Origin: Chiloscyllium plagiosum
Lineage: Eukaryota
Length of the DNA stretch: 64,000 nucleotides
Direction: 5' to 3'
NCBI RefSeq assembly: GCF_004010195.1
Contig: NC_057728.1
Location: 53,736,535-53,800,534 of the forward strand
A program made the translations under genes and the position numbers. The notes beneath the pieces are model-generated. The model searched no databases and was not told where the DNA came from. It saw nothing but the letters and a program-made list of their open reading frames with translations. Positions 38,755 through 51,728 of this stretch are shown here, one piece after another (position 1 is the stretch's first letter; each line of letters starts with the position of its first letter).

Positions 38755-41300
38755 CAAATTGATTTATTGTTGTCATGTACCGACATACAGTGCAAAGTGT
38801 TTTTTTGTGTTCTATACAGGCAGATTGTACGATGCAAAGTGAATCAGGATAACAGAACAGAGTGCAGAATACAGTGTTACAGCTGCAGAGAAGGTGTAGA
38901 GAGAAAGATCAGAATTTACATTTGAGACGTCTGTTCAAAAGTCTGATATTAGGGGGGAAGAAGCTGTTCTTGAATCTGTTGATACCTGTATTCAAACCTT
39001 TATACCTTCTGCTGGACGGAAGAGGGTGGTAGAAATTAAAAATGGGGTAGGAGGAGTCTTTAACTGTGTTGGATGCTTTCCGAAGCCAGGAAAAAATATA
39101 GGTGAAGTCAGTGGATAATTTGCGTGATGGACTGGGCTGCGTTCACGACCCTGTGTAGTTTGGTGCTGTCTTGGGAAGAGCAGTTACCCTACCATGCTGT
39201 GATGCATCCAGATAGAATGCTTTCAAGGGGGCATCTATAAAAATTGGTAAGCGTCTCTGTGGACATGCTGAATTTCCTTAGCCTCCCAAGACATTGTTGT
39301 GCTTTTTTGACCATCACATCGATGTAGGTGGACCAGGACAGATTGTCAGTGATCATCACTCCCAGAAACTTGAGGCTCTCACCCATCTCGGAGTTAAGAG
39401 ATGTGTTTGTTCGGAATTATGGTGTTGCAGGTGGAACTGTGGTCAATAAGTAGGAACCTGACGAAGTATCCTTGTTATCCAAATGTTCCAGAGATGAGTG
39501 TACAGCCAGGAAGATGGTGTCTGCTGTGAACATGTTGCACCATTAGGCAAATTGCAAAGGATCAAGGCAATCTGGGAGGCTGGAGTTAATGTGAGCCATG
39601 ACTAACCTCTCGAAGCACTTCATATTGATGGAGGTCAGAGCCACTGGGTGGTAACCATTGAGGAACGCTGCACGGTTTTTCCTTGGCGAATGTTGGTGGT
39701 TTTCTTGAAGCAGGTGGGAACTTCAGAATCATAGTAAGGAGAGGTTGAAGATGTCTATGAATACTCTGCCAGCGGGTCCGCACAGGATCTGAGTGCACAG
39801 CCGAAGAGTCCACCCAGGCCAGTCACTTTCCATGGGTTCACTCTCAGGAAGGCCGATCTAACATCTACAGCAGTGACCGTGGGTACAGCTGCATCCGAGG
39901 CTATTGGGATAGCTGACATCATTTCACTGACCTTCCATTCAAAATGACCATAGAATACATTGAGCTCATCAAGTTAAGGATATATTGTTACCCACGATTC
40001 TGTTCAACTTTGCTTTATAGCCCTTTATGTCGTGTAAGCCTTGCCACAAATGATGGATGTTTATGTGGTCCAATGGGTCTCAACCTTAGTTTGGTATTGC
40101 CTCTTGGCGTATCTGATGGCCTTTCTCCTGTATAGGTCATGGTTGTCCGACTTGAACATCTCAGACGTAAATTCCATAAGGATTGGGTCTCTCAGTTCAT
40201 CCATGGTTTCCAGTTGATGAATGTTCAAATTAACTTCATCAGCATACACTTACACACTTACTAATGAAGTCTGTAACGGTAGTGGTATACTCATTTAATT
40301 TGGCAGCTGAGTTCTTGAATACGGGCCTGTCCACTCTAAGCAGTCCCATGGAAGCCCTTCTGTTGCCTCAGACCAAGACTGCATTATTTTCTGTACTGGG
40401 TCCTCATGCTTCAATTTCTGCTTGTAAAGGAGGATGAGCACAGCGCTGTGATCTGATTTTCCAAAATGCGGACGGGGAATGGAGCGGTAGGCATCTTTGA
40501 TGGTGTACAGCAATGGTCAAGGGTTTTCGGACCTCTAGTGGGTCAGGAGATGTGTTGACGGTATTTTATTTGCATGTTCTTGAGGTTGGCCGGTTAAAGT
40601 CATGTGCTAGGATGTACAAAGCCTTGATGTATTCTGTATCAAGATTGTTTGTTGTGTTGTATACTTCACCAAGTGTACTCTTCACTTCAACATAAGTTGG
40701 AATTAAGATGGCTGTCAGGACAGCGGAGGTGAACTTACCCTGCAGATAGTAGGGATGGCACTTAACTGTAATATAGTTTTGGGTCAGGGGAGCAGTAGCT
40801 CACTAGGATCGCTACATCTGAGCACCAGACAATGTTGGTTAGGATGTCCCTTCTGCCCCTGGCCATGCCCGAGGACAGTGAGCAGTCCTTTCAGTGAACA
40901 GAGAAACCTTCAGGTTGTAAGGCACAGTCAGGTGTGGCAGGAGCAAGCCATGTCTCTGTAAAACATATCTCTCAATTCTCTATGAAAATAACTATCTAAT
41001 TTAGCAAATCTTTAATACCAAGTAGCTCTGATTTTATTTGAACAATATTCAAACAAGACATGTCAAAAATGTATTAAAAATATTGAAATTAGCTTTGACC
41101 TAAGTGTGTCTCCCCAGTTAGTGCTTTGTAAATTCGACTTCTCTTTAAGTCCATCCATTTTGTTCTCAATGGCCTGGACATTTTCCAGACGTATTCTGGG
41201 CAGGGGGCATTTAAAACCCTGAAATTTCAGTCTCACCTGAAGTCCAGCGGGTCTCCCACATTTTCTGGGTAGGTGGCCACTCTTCATTGATCCCGGGTGA
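38755..41300 (-). mobile_element. Rex1/Babar LINE, long degenerate copy (5' UTR may extend to about 42050)
   Basis: GRPAGLQVRLK..PLP.I.LENVQAIENKMD, YRSIPRPHFGKSDH (APE), KFLGVMITDNLSWS..KKAQQ..NFYRCPLESILSGCITAW. Confidence 0.85.
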
Positions 41301-41541
41301 GGGTGAGGGAAGTTTGCTGCTCCATGAGGTTAGTATGCTCCACATGGGGTACTGGGCACCAACCATGGTCTTGAGCATTCCACGGGGTCTAGTGGCCAGT
41401 TTGGTCAGGCCACCTCGATTTCAGGTCACCATGGGGCCAGGTCTTAATCCCCCGCGCTGGTTGGGCCTCAGTTCCGAGTTTCCACGAGATCGGGGAGATC
41501 GGCCTGCGAGAGGCTTGAAGACTGCTAGGCTTGCAGGGTAA

Positions 41542-41668
41542 TTCCTGATGAAGGGCTCTTGCTCAAAACATCGATTCTCATGCTCCTCAGATGCTGCCTG
41601 ACCTGCTGTGCTTTTCCAGCACCACACTCTTGACTCTGATCTCCAGCATCTGTAGTCCTCACTTTCTC
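41542..41668 (+). mobile_element. PLE mini-element with decayed hammerhead; about 12-bp TSD
   Basis: cttgcagggtaa 41530-41541 versus cttgcagggcaa 41669-41680; CTGATGA present but GAAA mutated to AAAA. Confidence 0.85.
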
Positions 41669-43049
41669 CTTGCAGGGCAAGTAGGTGCATCCATTGGGGA
41701 CTGGGCACTAGTGCTCCAGGGGATCTTGCAGTTGGTCCAGTTGAGTTTCCTCGATGTCGGGTCACTATAGGGTCAGGTCTTGTTCCTGCGCTCCTCGAGG
41801 TTTGGTTCAGGTTTCCATGAGGAGGTCAGGGTTGCCAGAAGCCAGTTGGCCCTTAATTCCCCTGGGCTTTTGGTTCCAACATCGGTTGTAGAATCTTTAA
41901 ACCTGAAAGTAGATTTAAGAGAACATTGTTAGTAATTCTGATAGACTTAGAATTGAGGTTTAAGAGAGCAGAATGATTCTTAGATATGTAAGAATAAGAT
42001 CTGCTGTAGACAGCTCACAAAATGCCGCCACACTATGGTGCCGTCTTGAATAGAATGGAGTGTCAATCAGGATTTACTCATCAGATTGACCTGGTACCCA
42101 CAAACCTCGGAATCTAATTCTGTGGGTGCGTGTTGTGCGGACATTGGCTTTCACGTTTCGTAAATTACTTGAACAGCTGTAAAACATTGTGTCCCTATGG
42201 TAATAAAAGATGCTATATAATGCATGATTTGGAGATCCATTTAAACCTGTTGGACTATAACCTGGTGTTGTGTGATTTTTAACTATATAAACGCAAGTTT
42301 TCCTTTTCATTGGCTCAAGTTTTCTCTCATCTGCATATTTTTAGTGTCAGAGAGGGTCTAAGAGCACACATGGTAATTTTGTTGAAAGCTGGATTTGGTG
42401 TGCTGGAGGAACTGGCTGGTGCTTGGTGTGCCTGTGTGATGAGGAATGAGAAGTTGTAATTTCTTCACCCAGCAGTGAAAATACTTTGGCTATTGCACAA
42501 TATGCAGAATATGCTGATTGAAAATTTACAATGCATATCGAACTGCTTTGTGCTAAGCTGGGCAGACAGTGCAGTGTGTTAGGACACTTGGATAGGTTTT
42601 CAGTTCACATTAAACGCGCTTTTCATCATCCTAATATAGAAGGTGACCAGACGTCAAAGCACTTTAATTAAATCTCGGCAGGATTTACAATCACCTATCC
42701 TCAGTCCTCTGCAGAGAAACATCAAAGTAGATCATGTCTTTCAAAATGGAAGTCTCGTTTACACGATTAATTTTGCATGAACTAATCTATTTAGATCAAT
42801 GATTGTTTTGGTAAACATTTCTTTCAGGTAGACTTTGATTTTTGAGTCACTAAGGAAGTGAAGAATGTGAATGCACTGATGACAGCTCACATCATCATGA
42901 CCATTTGTGGACATACACATGAAGCATCCCGTGTACTTCAGACAACATGTCATTGATTCATGAGGAGTAACTGGATTGAATTCCAGTTCAGAGTGACTCG
43001 GACGCAGAGTCTACTGATTACAGGTAGAATTTTCAAGGAGTGAAATCAC

Positions 43050-43818
43050 ATAGAGTCATAGTCATAGAGATGAACAGCACAGAAACAGACCCCTCAGTCC
43101 AACTTGCCGACCAGATATCCTAATCTAATCTAGTCCCATTTGCCAGATCTTCTCAAAGATCCATCCCACCCTGGCAAGGTTTTTCGACAACCTCGACCAT
43201 CGGGGAGAAGGTACAGAAGTCTAAACACACGCACCAGCTGGTTTTGTAACAGTTTCCACCTTACTGTTGTTAGAATACTGAATGGACTCACAAACTCTTA
43301 ACATTCGCCTGTACCTGTGTTTTTGCTTTTGCCGCTGTTTACCTATCATTTACCATCTGTGCTACTTAACTCTGTGATCTGCCAGTATTGCTCACAAGAC
43401 AAAGCTTTTCACTGTGCCTCGGTACACATGACAATAAATTCAATTCAATTCAATTCAGCACTTGGCCCATATCCCTCTTAACCCATCCCATTCATATACC
43501 CATCCAGATGTCTTTTAAATGCTACAATTGTATCAGCCTTCATCACTTCCTCTGGCAGCTTATATGCACGACCATCTGCATGAAAAGGTTGCTCTTAGGA
43601 CCCTTTTATATCTTTCCCCTCTCACCCTAAACCTATGCCTCTCTAGTTCTGGACTCCATCACCCAAGGGAAAAGGCCTTGTCCATTTATCCTATCCATGC
43701 CCCTCATGATTTTATAAACTTCCGTAAGGTCACTCCTCAGCCTCCAATGCTCCAGGGAAAACAGCCTCAGCCTATTCAGCCTCTCCCTATAGCGCAAATC
43801 CTCCAACCCTGGCAATAT
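43050..43818 (-). mobile_element. HER1/CR1 3' fragment interrupted by a Rex1 3' end
   Basis: LPGLEDLRYRERLNRL; flanks rejoin as cccatttgccag|cacttggccc. Confidence 0.85.
43148..43456 (+). mobile_element. Rex1/Babar 3' end with (CAATT)n tail
   Basis: ctcggtacacatgacaataaattcaattcaattcaattc. Confidence 0.75.
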
Positions 43819-43836
43819 CAATCTTCAATTCTTCTG

Positions 43837-44812
43837 TTGAAAAATGTGGTGCTGGAAAAACACAGCAGGCAAGGCAGCATCCGAGGAGCAGGAGAATCAA
43901 CGTTTCGGGCATAAGCCCTTCTTCAGGAATGAGGCTGGTGTGCCAAGCGGGCTGAGATAAAAGGTAGGGGGGAGGGAAGGAGGTGAGGGTGAGGGTAATA
44001 GGCCGGAGAGGGGGTGGGGGCGGATAGGTCGGGAAGAAGATTGCAGGACAAGAGGGCGGTGCTGAACCCAAGGGTTGGGACTGAGATAAGGTGGGGGGAG
44101 GGGAAACAAGGAAGCTGGAGAAATCTACATTCATCCCGTGTGGTTGGAGGGTTCCTAGGCGGAAGATGAGGCGCTCTTCCTCCAGGCGGAGTGGGAGGGG
44201 GAGCTAAAGTGTTCAGCAACGGGGTGGTTGGGTTGATTGGTGCGGGTGTCCCAGAGGTGTCCCCCGAAGCGTTCTGCAAGTAGGCGGCCTGTCTCCCCAA
44301 TGTAGAAGAGAACACTTTAGCTCCCCCTCCCACTCCGCCAATGACATGCAGGTCCTTGGCCTCCTCCATCGCCAGACCCTGGCCACACGACGCCTGAAGG
44401 AAGAGGCCTCATCTTCCGCCTAGGAAGCCTCCAACCACACAGGATGAATGTAGATTTCTCCAACTTCCTCATTTCCCCTCCCCCCACCTTACGTCAGTCC
44501 CAACCCTCGGATTCAGCACCGCCCTCTTGACCTGCAATCTTCTTCCCGACCTATCCGCCCCCACCCGCTCTCCGGCCTATCACCCTCACCCTCACCTCCT
44601 TCCACCTATCGTATTCCCAGCACCCCTCCCCCAAATTCCCTCCCCCTACCTTTTATCTCAGCCCACTTGGCACACCAGCCTCATTCCTGAAGAAGGGCTT
44701 ATGCCCGAAACGTCGATTCTCCTGCTCCTTGGATGCTGCCTGGCCTGCTGTGTTTTTCCAGCGCCACATTTTTCAACTCTGGTACTCCAGCATCTGCAGT
44801 CCTCACTTTCTC
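43837..44812. mobile_element. Penelope-like element: inverted pair of 3' fragments (GIY-YIG end plus hammerhead); 14-bp TSD
   Basis: cttcaattcttctg at 43823-43836 and 44813-44826; minus arm encodes LFYIGETGRLLAERFGGH; strand switch at about 44310. Confidence 0.9.
44683..44718 (+). ncRNA. Minimal hammerhead ribozyme motif
   Basis: attc-CTGAAGA-a-gggc(ttat)gccc-GAAA-c-GTC^-gatt; a mirror copy with a GTT triplet lies on the minus strand at 43895-43930. Confidence 0.75.
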
Positions 44813-44859
44813 CTTCAATTCTTCTGCTCAAGCATTAACTTTTATTTTAACCAACTGCA

Positions 44860-46330
44860 TGAACAAAGAAGTAAAAAAGATTTACAGCCCAGGCACAGGC
44901 TCTTCGGCCCTCCAAGCCTGAGCCGATCCAAATCCACTGTCTAAGTCTAATACCCAATTCCTAAGGATCTGTATCCCTCTGCTCCCCACCTACTCATGCG
45001 TCTGTCCAGACGCACATTAAATGAATCTACCGTGCCTGCCTCTACTACCTCTGGTGGCAACATGTTCCAAGCACCTACCACCCTCTGTGTAAAGTACCTT
45101 CCGCGTATATCCCCCTGAAGCTTTCTCCCCTCATCTTGAATGCGTGGCCTCTCGTTATTGAATCCCTCGCCCTGGGAAAAAGCTTATCTCTATCCACCCT
45201 GTCTATACCCTTCATGATTTTGTAAACCTCAATCAGGTTCCTCCCTCAATCTAGTTTTTTCTCATGAAAACAATCCTAACCTACTCAACCTCTCTTCATA
45301 GCTAGCACCTTCCATACCAGACAACATCCTCTTAAACCTTCTCTGTACCCTCTCCAAAGTGTCCACATCCTTTTGGTAATGTGGTGACCAAAACTGTACA
45401 CAATATTCTAAATACAGCTGAACCAAAGTCTTGTACAATTTTAACATTACCTGCCAGCTCTTATACTCAATACCATGTTCCAATGAAGGCAAGCTTAACC
45501 AAATGCCTTCTTGACCATTCTATCCACTTGTGCAGCCACCTTCAGGGTACAATGGACCTGAACACCCAGATCTCTATGCTCATCAACATTTCTTAAGGCT
45601 CTTCCCTTTACAGTATAGTTCGCTCTAGAATTAGACTTCCCAAAATGCATCACCTCACATTTGCCTGGATTGAACTCCATCTGCCACTTCTCCGCCCAAC
45701 TCTCTCGTCTATCTATATTCTCCCTTATTCTTTGACAGTCCCCTAGGATTTCTGCTATTCTGACAATCTTCATGTCATCTGCAAACCTACTGATTAGACC
45801 ACCAATGCCCTCTTCCAGATCACTTATGTATATCACAAACAAGAGTGGCCCCAGCACTGATCCCTGTGGAACACCACTGGTCACCTTTCTCCATTTCAAG
45901 GAATTCCCTTCAACTACTACTCTCTCTCCTGTAGCTCACCCCGTTCTTTATCCACCTAGCTAGAACACCCTGCACACCGTGTGACTTAACTTTCTCCATT
46001 AGTTTACCATGGAACCTTATCAAACAACCTTACTAAAGTCCATATATAAGACATCTACAGCTCTTCCTTCCTCTATCAACTCGGCCACTTCCTCAAAGAA
46101 CTCTGTTAAGTTGGTAAGGCACAATCTCCCCCGCACAAAACCATGTTGCCTATCACTGATAACCCCATTCTTTTCCAAATATAAATAGATTCTATCCCTC
46201 AGTACCTTCTCCAGAAACTTTCCCACCACTGACATCAGGCTCACTGGTCTGTAGTTACCTGGAATATCCCTACTACCCTTCTTGTACAGGGGACAACATT
46301 AGCAACTGTCCAGTCCTTCGGCACTGAAGG
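44860..46330 (-). mobile_element. CR1 LINE RT plus 3' end
   Basis: QHGFVRGRLCLTNL, SGVPQGSVLGPLLF, RFADDMK, LEYCVQFWSPHY. Confidence 0.95.
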
Positions 46331-46445
46331 ATGTGGAGGCATTGTGAGCTTTCAGAGTCAATATCATTCCTATATAGCATCTATACCCCAGTACAGCCCT
46401 TCCCTATGCAACATTTTTGCTATAGCTTTCTAACTTTTTTTACTC

Positions 46446-46665
46446 AGGGGTGATGTGTGTATGGAAAGAGCTGCCAGAGGAGGTGGTGGATTACAATTAC
46501 AACTTTTAAACAACATCTGGATGGATACATGAATAGGAAAGGTTTAGAGGGATAAGGGCCAAATGCTGGCAAAAGGGATTGGATATGCTTAGGATATCTG
46601 ATCAGTGTGGACAAGTTGGACTGAAGGGTCTGTTTCATGCTGTATAACTGTATGACTCTATAACT
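46446..46665 (+). mobile_element. HER1 3' end
   Basis: gagctgccagaggaggtggtgga...ctgaagggtctgtttc; (ctatga) tail. Confidence 0.85.
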
Positions 46666-47769
46666 ATGGTTCAGTCAGGAGCATCTCTGTATCAGCAAAT
46701 TCCAGGTTCAAGTCCTGCTCAAGGAATGCAATTTCTGAATCTGGACGTACACTCCAGTGTGATACTGAGGGAGTGCTGCATGGCTGGAGGAGCTGTCCCC
46801 CAATCAGACTTCAATTTGATGCCATATCTGCCCTCTTATGTGGGTGTCTTCAAAGGACAGCTGGGAGTACCCCTCAGTGCGTTGGAAATATTCATCCCTT
46901 GATTAACATTACACTTGGTTTTGACAGTTTTGTTTATTAGTTTTAAAAGTATTGGGTTGGTGGCAGGGCTGGAGGAGTTTTTGACTGACTGTCAAGAATT
47001 GGATACTAAAGAGACTGTATATTGTTCATTTGGACATGAGGTGGGCAATGGAAGATCGACGTGTGGGGGATGGGGCAATTGGAAGCAGGAGATCATGTGA
47101 TGACACCTGCAGGAAGATGTCTGGTTGAAGTTGGGAACCGTAGACCTCACTGCTGCAAAGAAACTAACCAATGCTCTGTAGTGTGGCAATAATGGCCTTT
47201 TAAGCATGTAACAAAGTACAGCATATCTGATTTAATTGGCTCTTTTTTTCATTTCTGGTGATCTTAAATCCATTTATCGAATCGAGTCAACTTGATGATT
47301 AATTTATGTAACAGATCTTACAAATTCAACACCATAAGGTGTTCAGGTGATCCCCAATGTTCAACATATTATGACAGCAATTAACATTTTCACATTTTCA
47401 GTTCCCAACAGACTCATTCATTCAACACTTTTTCCTATGAGTAATTGTGAAAGATATTTTTAAGGAAACACAGGCTATAGTGCTTTCTCTAAAACACGGA
47501 GTTTCCACGTCACCTTAAAAACTACAGTTGACAGCTTTGCCTATATCTAAAATGGTGCACCACAGGTTACAAGTTTGAGCGTAAATGGACTCCCCCCTCA
47601 AACATTGTGGTGACTTTGTGTCCGTTAGTAGCAGCAAACCTTTCATTGTTCACCACAATTGGCTTCACAAAATCCAGACCATTCTACCTTTGAACCTTCA
47701 AATAAATATTCCTTTCCTTTTGCTATGTCTTAGATCAGTGCTCCACCATTGTCCTTTTACAAAGTTAAA

Positions 47770-48051
47770 ATTAGATTAGATTGTGGAAACGGGCCCAACA
47801 AGTCCACAACCACCCCCAAAGAGTAATCCATCCAGACCCATTTCTCTCTGACTACTGCACCTAACTCCATGGGCAATTTAGCATGGCCAATTCACCTGAC
47901 CAGCACATCTTTTAAAATGTGGGAAGTAACCCACACAGACACAGGGAGAATGTGCAAACTCCACACAGATAGTCACCCAAGGCTGGAATTGAACCTAGGT
48001 CCGTGGTGCTATGAGACAGAAGTGCTAACCACTGAGCCACCACACTGCCCC
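47770..48051 (-). mobile_element. HE1-type SINE
   Basis: Reverse complement of the HE1 pattern with (ATTAG)n. Confidence 0.85.
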
Positions 48052-48087
48052 TTTTTGCAAACATTGCTGGATACCCTGTATCGAGGT

Positions 48088-48282
48088 ACAGTCAGTTCTT
48101 CTACAATGTGATGATTGTGTCCTTGTGCAATCCTGCGTTATAGAAAAATCGTGTTTTGGAAATAGTGCTTAAAGTATTGGCGCTGTAAAAGTTTGCACTT
48201 TACAAATAGCATCCCCGATTCATCAATCGCGTTACAGTGAGTTCGCATTAAGGAAACACACGTAATAACAGAACAACCTTTA
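48088..48282. mobile_element. Tigger-like MITE
   Basis: tacagtcagttc start; shares ttcatcaatcg.gtta with 36774-36992. Confidence 0.55.
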
Positions 48283-48545
48283 CAACATTTTCATTTATTT
48301 CCTTCTTTGAGCTAGGATTCTACGATTGACGGAGGGAGATAGTGATATAGTGGTATCATTACTGTACTTGTAATCCAGAGTTCTAGCTTAACATTCTGGG
48401 GACATGAGTTTGAATCCCACCACAGCAGATTGTGAAATTTGAATTTAATGAACATCTGGAACAATAAAAAATGATCTATGTTTTGACCATGTAACCACAA
48501 TCAAATTGTTCTAATTACCTGCCTGATTCACTAATGTCCTTTAGA

Positions 48546-49422
48546 TAGGGAGGCTGCAGAAAGACTTAGACAGGTTAGCAGAGTGGGCAAAGAAGTGGCA
48601 GATGAAATGCCATGTGGGAAAGTGTGAGGTCATGCGCTTTGGTAGGAAGAATAGAGGCATGGACTAGTTTCTAAATGGGAAGAAAATTCAGAAATCAGAA
48701 TGGAAAGGGAACTTGGGAGTCCTTGTCCAGGTTTCTTTTAATGTAAGCTCGCAAGTTAAGTCAGTAGTTAAGAAGGCCAATACAATGTTGTCATTCATCT
48801 CGAGAGGACTAGAATATAAAATGAGGGATGTACTTCTGAGGCTTTATAAGGCTCTCGTCAGACTACGTTTAGAGTATTGTGAGCCATTTTAGGCTCCATA
48901 CCTGAGGAAGGATGTATCGTTCCTGGAGTAGGTCCAGAGGAGGTTCGTGAGAATGATCCCAGGAATGAAAGGCTTCACACTTGGGGAACGTTTGAGGACT
49001 CTGGAACTATACTTGATGGAGTTTAGAAGGATGAGGGGGATCTGATTGAAACTTACAGATTACTGAATGGCCTGGACAGAGTGGATGTTGGGAAGATGTT
49101 TCCATTGGCAGGAGAGACGAGGACCCGAGGGCTTAGCCTTAGAGTAAAGGGAAGACCTTTCAGAATGGAGACAAGGAGAAGCTTCTTCAGCCAGAGAGTG
49201 GTGAATCTATGGAATTCATTGCCACAGAAGGCTGTGGAGGCCAGGTCATTCAGTATATTTAAAACAGAGATAGGTAAGTTCTTGAGTATCAAGAGGATCA
49301 AAGGTTACGGTGAGAATGCAGGAAAATGGGGTTGAAATGCCTATTAGCCATGAATGAATGGCAGTGCAGACTCGATGGGCTGAATGGCCTAATTTTTGCT
49401 CGTATGTCTTATAGTCTTATGA
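48546..49422 (+). mobile_element. CR1 3' fragment splitting a SINE (48335-48545 plus 49425-49550)
   Basis: FFSQRVVNLWNSLPQKAVEA; flanks rejoin as ctaatgtcctttag|ggaaatctgcca. Confidence 0.9.
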
Positions 49423-51039
49423 TCCTGTGGAAATCTGCCACCCTTCCCTGGTCTCGCCTACATGTGACTCCAGCAATGTGATTGATTCTTAACTGCCCTC
49501 TGGGCAATAAATTCTGCCCTAGCCAGCATGACCTCATTGGACGAATGAATTTTTAAGAATCTATCATAATCCTAAACTGGTGTGTGGGGCTCACCATTGT
49601 CATTTTCTCCATCCTTTGTGAGAGAGCTTTCAGCCAACTTGTCCTTTGGCACTCTCTCCTCAAACACGTGAATTTGTAGTTCATCTTTCCTCCTCTCTCA
49701 AGCCTTCCTCAAAGCTACTCAAACTGTTGGGGAATGGGTCTGAGTGGGTTACTCTTCGGAGGGTTGGTGTGGACTTGTTGAGCCGAAGGACCTGTTTCCA
49801 CACTGTAGGGATTCTATGAAATATTCCAATTCTGGCCTCTTGGGCAACATCAAGTTCCTTTTCTTCACCCTTGGTGGCTGTGCCTTCAACTGCCAAGACG
49901 CCAAGCTGTGGAGTCCTCTCCCTAAGCATCTCTGTCTCTTCATACCTCCTCCTTCAACATGCTCCTCAGAGTCTAATTCTTCCACCAAGCTTTTGGTCAC
50001 TTTCTTTAATATCCCTTTCCACAGCTTGGTGTCACGTACAGTCTGATCGATGTCCTGTGTCCATTCTTGTTCACTTTGTTACAGCTGCCCTATGAATGTA
50101 AGTTGTCTTTATATTTCTATACAATGCTTTCTCTCATGTGCACTGATTCTGTGTGTGCTGTTGCTTGGGTCCAACCACATACTGTGAATCACCTCAAGAC
50201 GTTTTGTCATGTTTTAGGCTCGATATAAACATAATGTATTGTTGGTGTAAGGATAATCACAGTAATTGATGTAAATAAAATCCTCTAAAGCATCAGTGTC
50301 ACAATTTTCTTCGCTTCACGTCTCCAGCATTGATGTGACCCAGCTAAAAAAACTCTTATTTCTGTACTGTGATATCATCCGGCCTAGAGACTGGTAATTG
50401 CCTCTGATTCTAAGGCAGGTGCCTACTAATGCATTTCTATGTCACTTCAGTTAAGGATAATTACTTGTAAAGTCACTTATTCAGTAAGTCCGTGACGTCA
50501 TTTGATTACACTGTTTGATATCTTACATCCTTTGTTTCATCTCTATTGAAATGCAAATATTGTGAGGCTCTGTGACACTCTGAATACAGATCACAGTCGA
50601 GGACATGCAAATGATTTCACTTTTCTCTCCCACCAAGGCTACTAAATTGACAAGCACCAAATTCTTCAGTGCAACAGTAACAAAGAGCAGACTAAATTAT
50701 TTACAGCTTTGCTTTATTTACACTAACACCACAGTACTGTCTGTGAGCTGAAACGAGTAATTCTAGAGGATAGCAGTTACTTAGCTTGATGTGTCTGTCA
50801 GAGTTTGCCTTGAGCTGTGTGGAACTAATTGAGAGGTAGTGATTGCTTTGATGTGGACTTTGAACTGACACCTGGGAAAGTGCACAAATTCCAAGAGCTG
50901 GTCTTTGGTTGTGTAAGAGGGTCATGTTCATTTATAGGTAGCTTTTGGTCACTTTTCTTGTACACACTTCTTGGGAAATAAGGCAGGGCAGCTGACTGAG
51001 GTGTCAGTGGGGGAGCACTTTGGGGCCAGCAACATAATC

Positions 51040-51728
51040 CTGGTAGATTTAAAATAGTGATGGAAAAGGATAGACAAGATCTAAAAGTTGAAGTTCTAAA
51101 TTGGAGAAAGGCCAATTTTGATGGATATTAGGCAAGAACTTTCAAAAGCTGATTAGGCGCAGATGTTTGTAAAGGGATGGCTGGAAAATAGGAAGCCCTC
51201 AGAAATGAGATAACAAGAATCCAGAGAAAGTGTATTCCTGTTAGGGTGAAAGGAGCGCCTGAAGAAGGGCTGATGCCCGAAACATCGATTCTCCTGCTCC
51301 TTGGATGCTGCCTGACCTGCTGCACTTTTCCAGCAACACATTTTTCAGCTCTGATCTCCAGCATCTGCAGTCCTCACTTTCTTCCAGGGTGAAAGGAAAG
51401 GCTGGCAGGTATAGGGAATGCTGAATGACTAAAGAAATTGAGGGTTTGGTTAAGAAAAAGAAGGAAGTATATGTAAGGTATATACAGGATAGATTGAGTG
51501 AATCCTTAGAAGAGTAGAAAGGCAGTAGGAATATACTTAAGAGAGAAATCAGGAGGGCAGAAAGGAGACATGAGATAGCTTTGGCAAATAGAGTTAAGGA
51601 GAATCCAAAAGGTTTTTACAAATATGTTAAGGATAAAAGAGTAACTAGGGAGAGAATAGGGCCCCTCAAAGATCAGCAAGGAGGCCTTTGTGTGGAGCCA
51701 CAGAAAATGGGGTAGATACTAAACGAGG
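51040..51728 (+). mobile_element. CR1 ORF2 fragment (inter-domain region) running into the gap
   Basis: Translates as LKREIRRAERRHEIALANRVKENPKGFYKYV. Confidence 0.85.
51255..51385 (+). mobile_element. PLE mini-element with hammerhead motif; 12-bp TSD; inserted in CR1
   Basis: agggtgaaagga at 51243-51254 and 51386-51397; CTGAAGAagggctgatgcccGAAAcATC. Confidence 0.9.
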
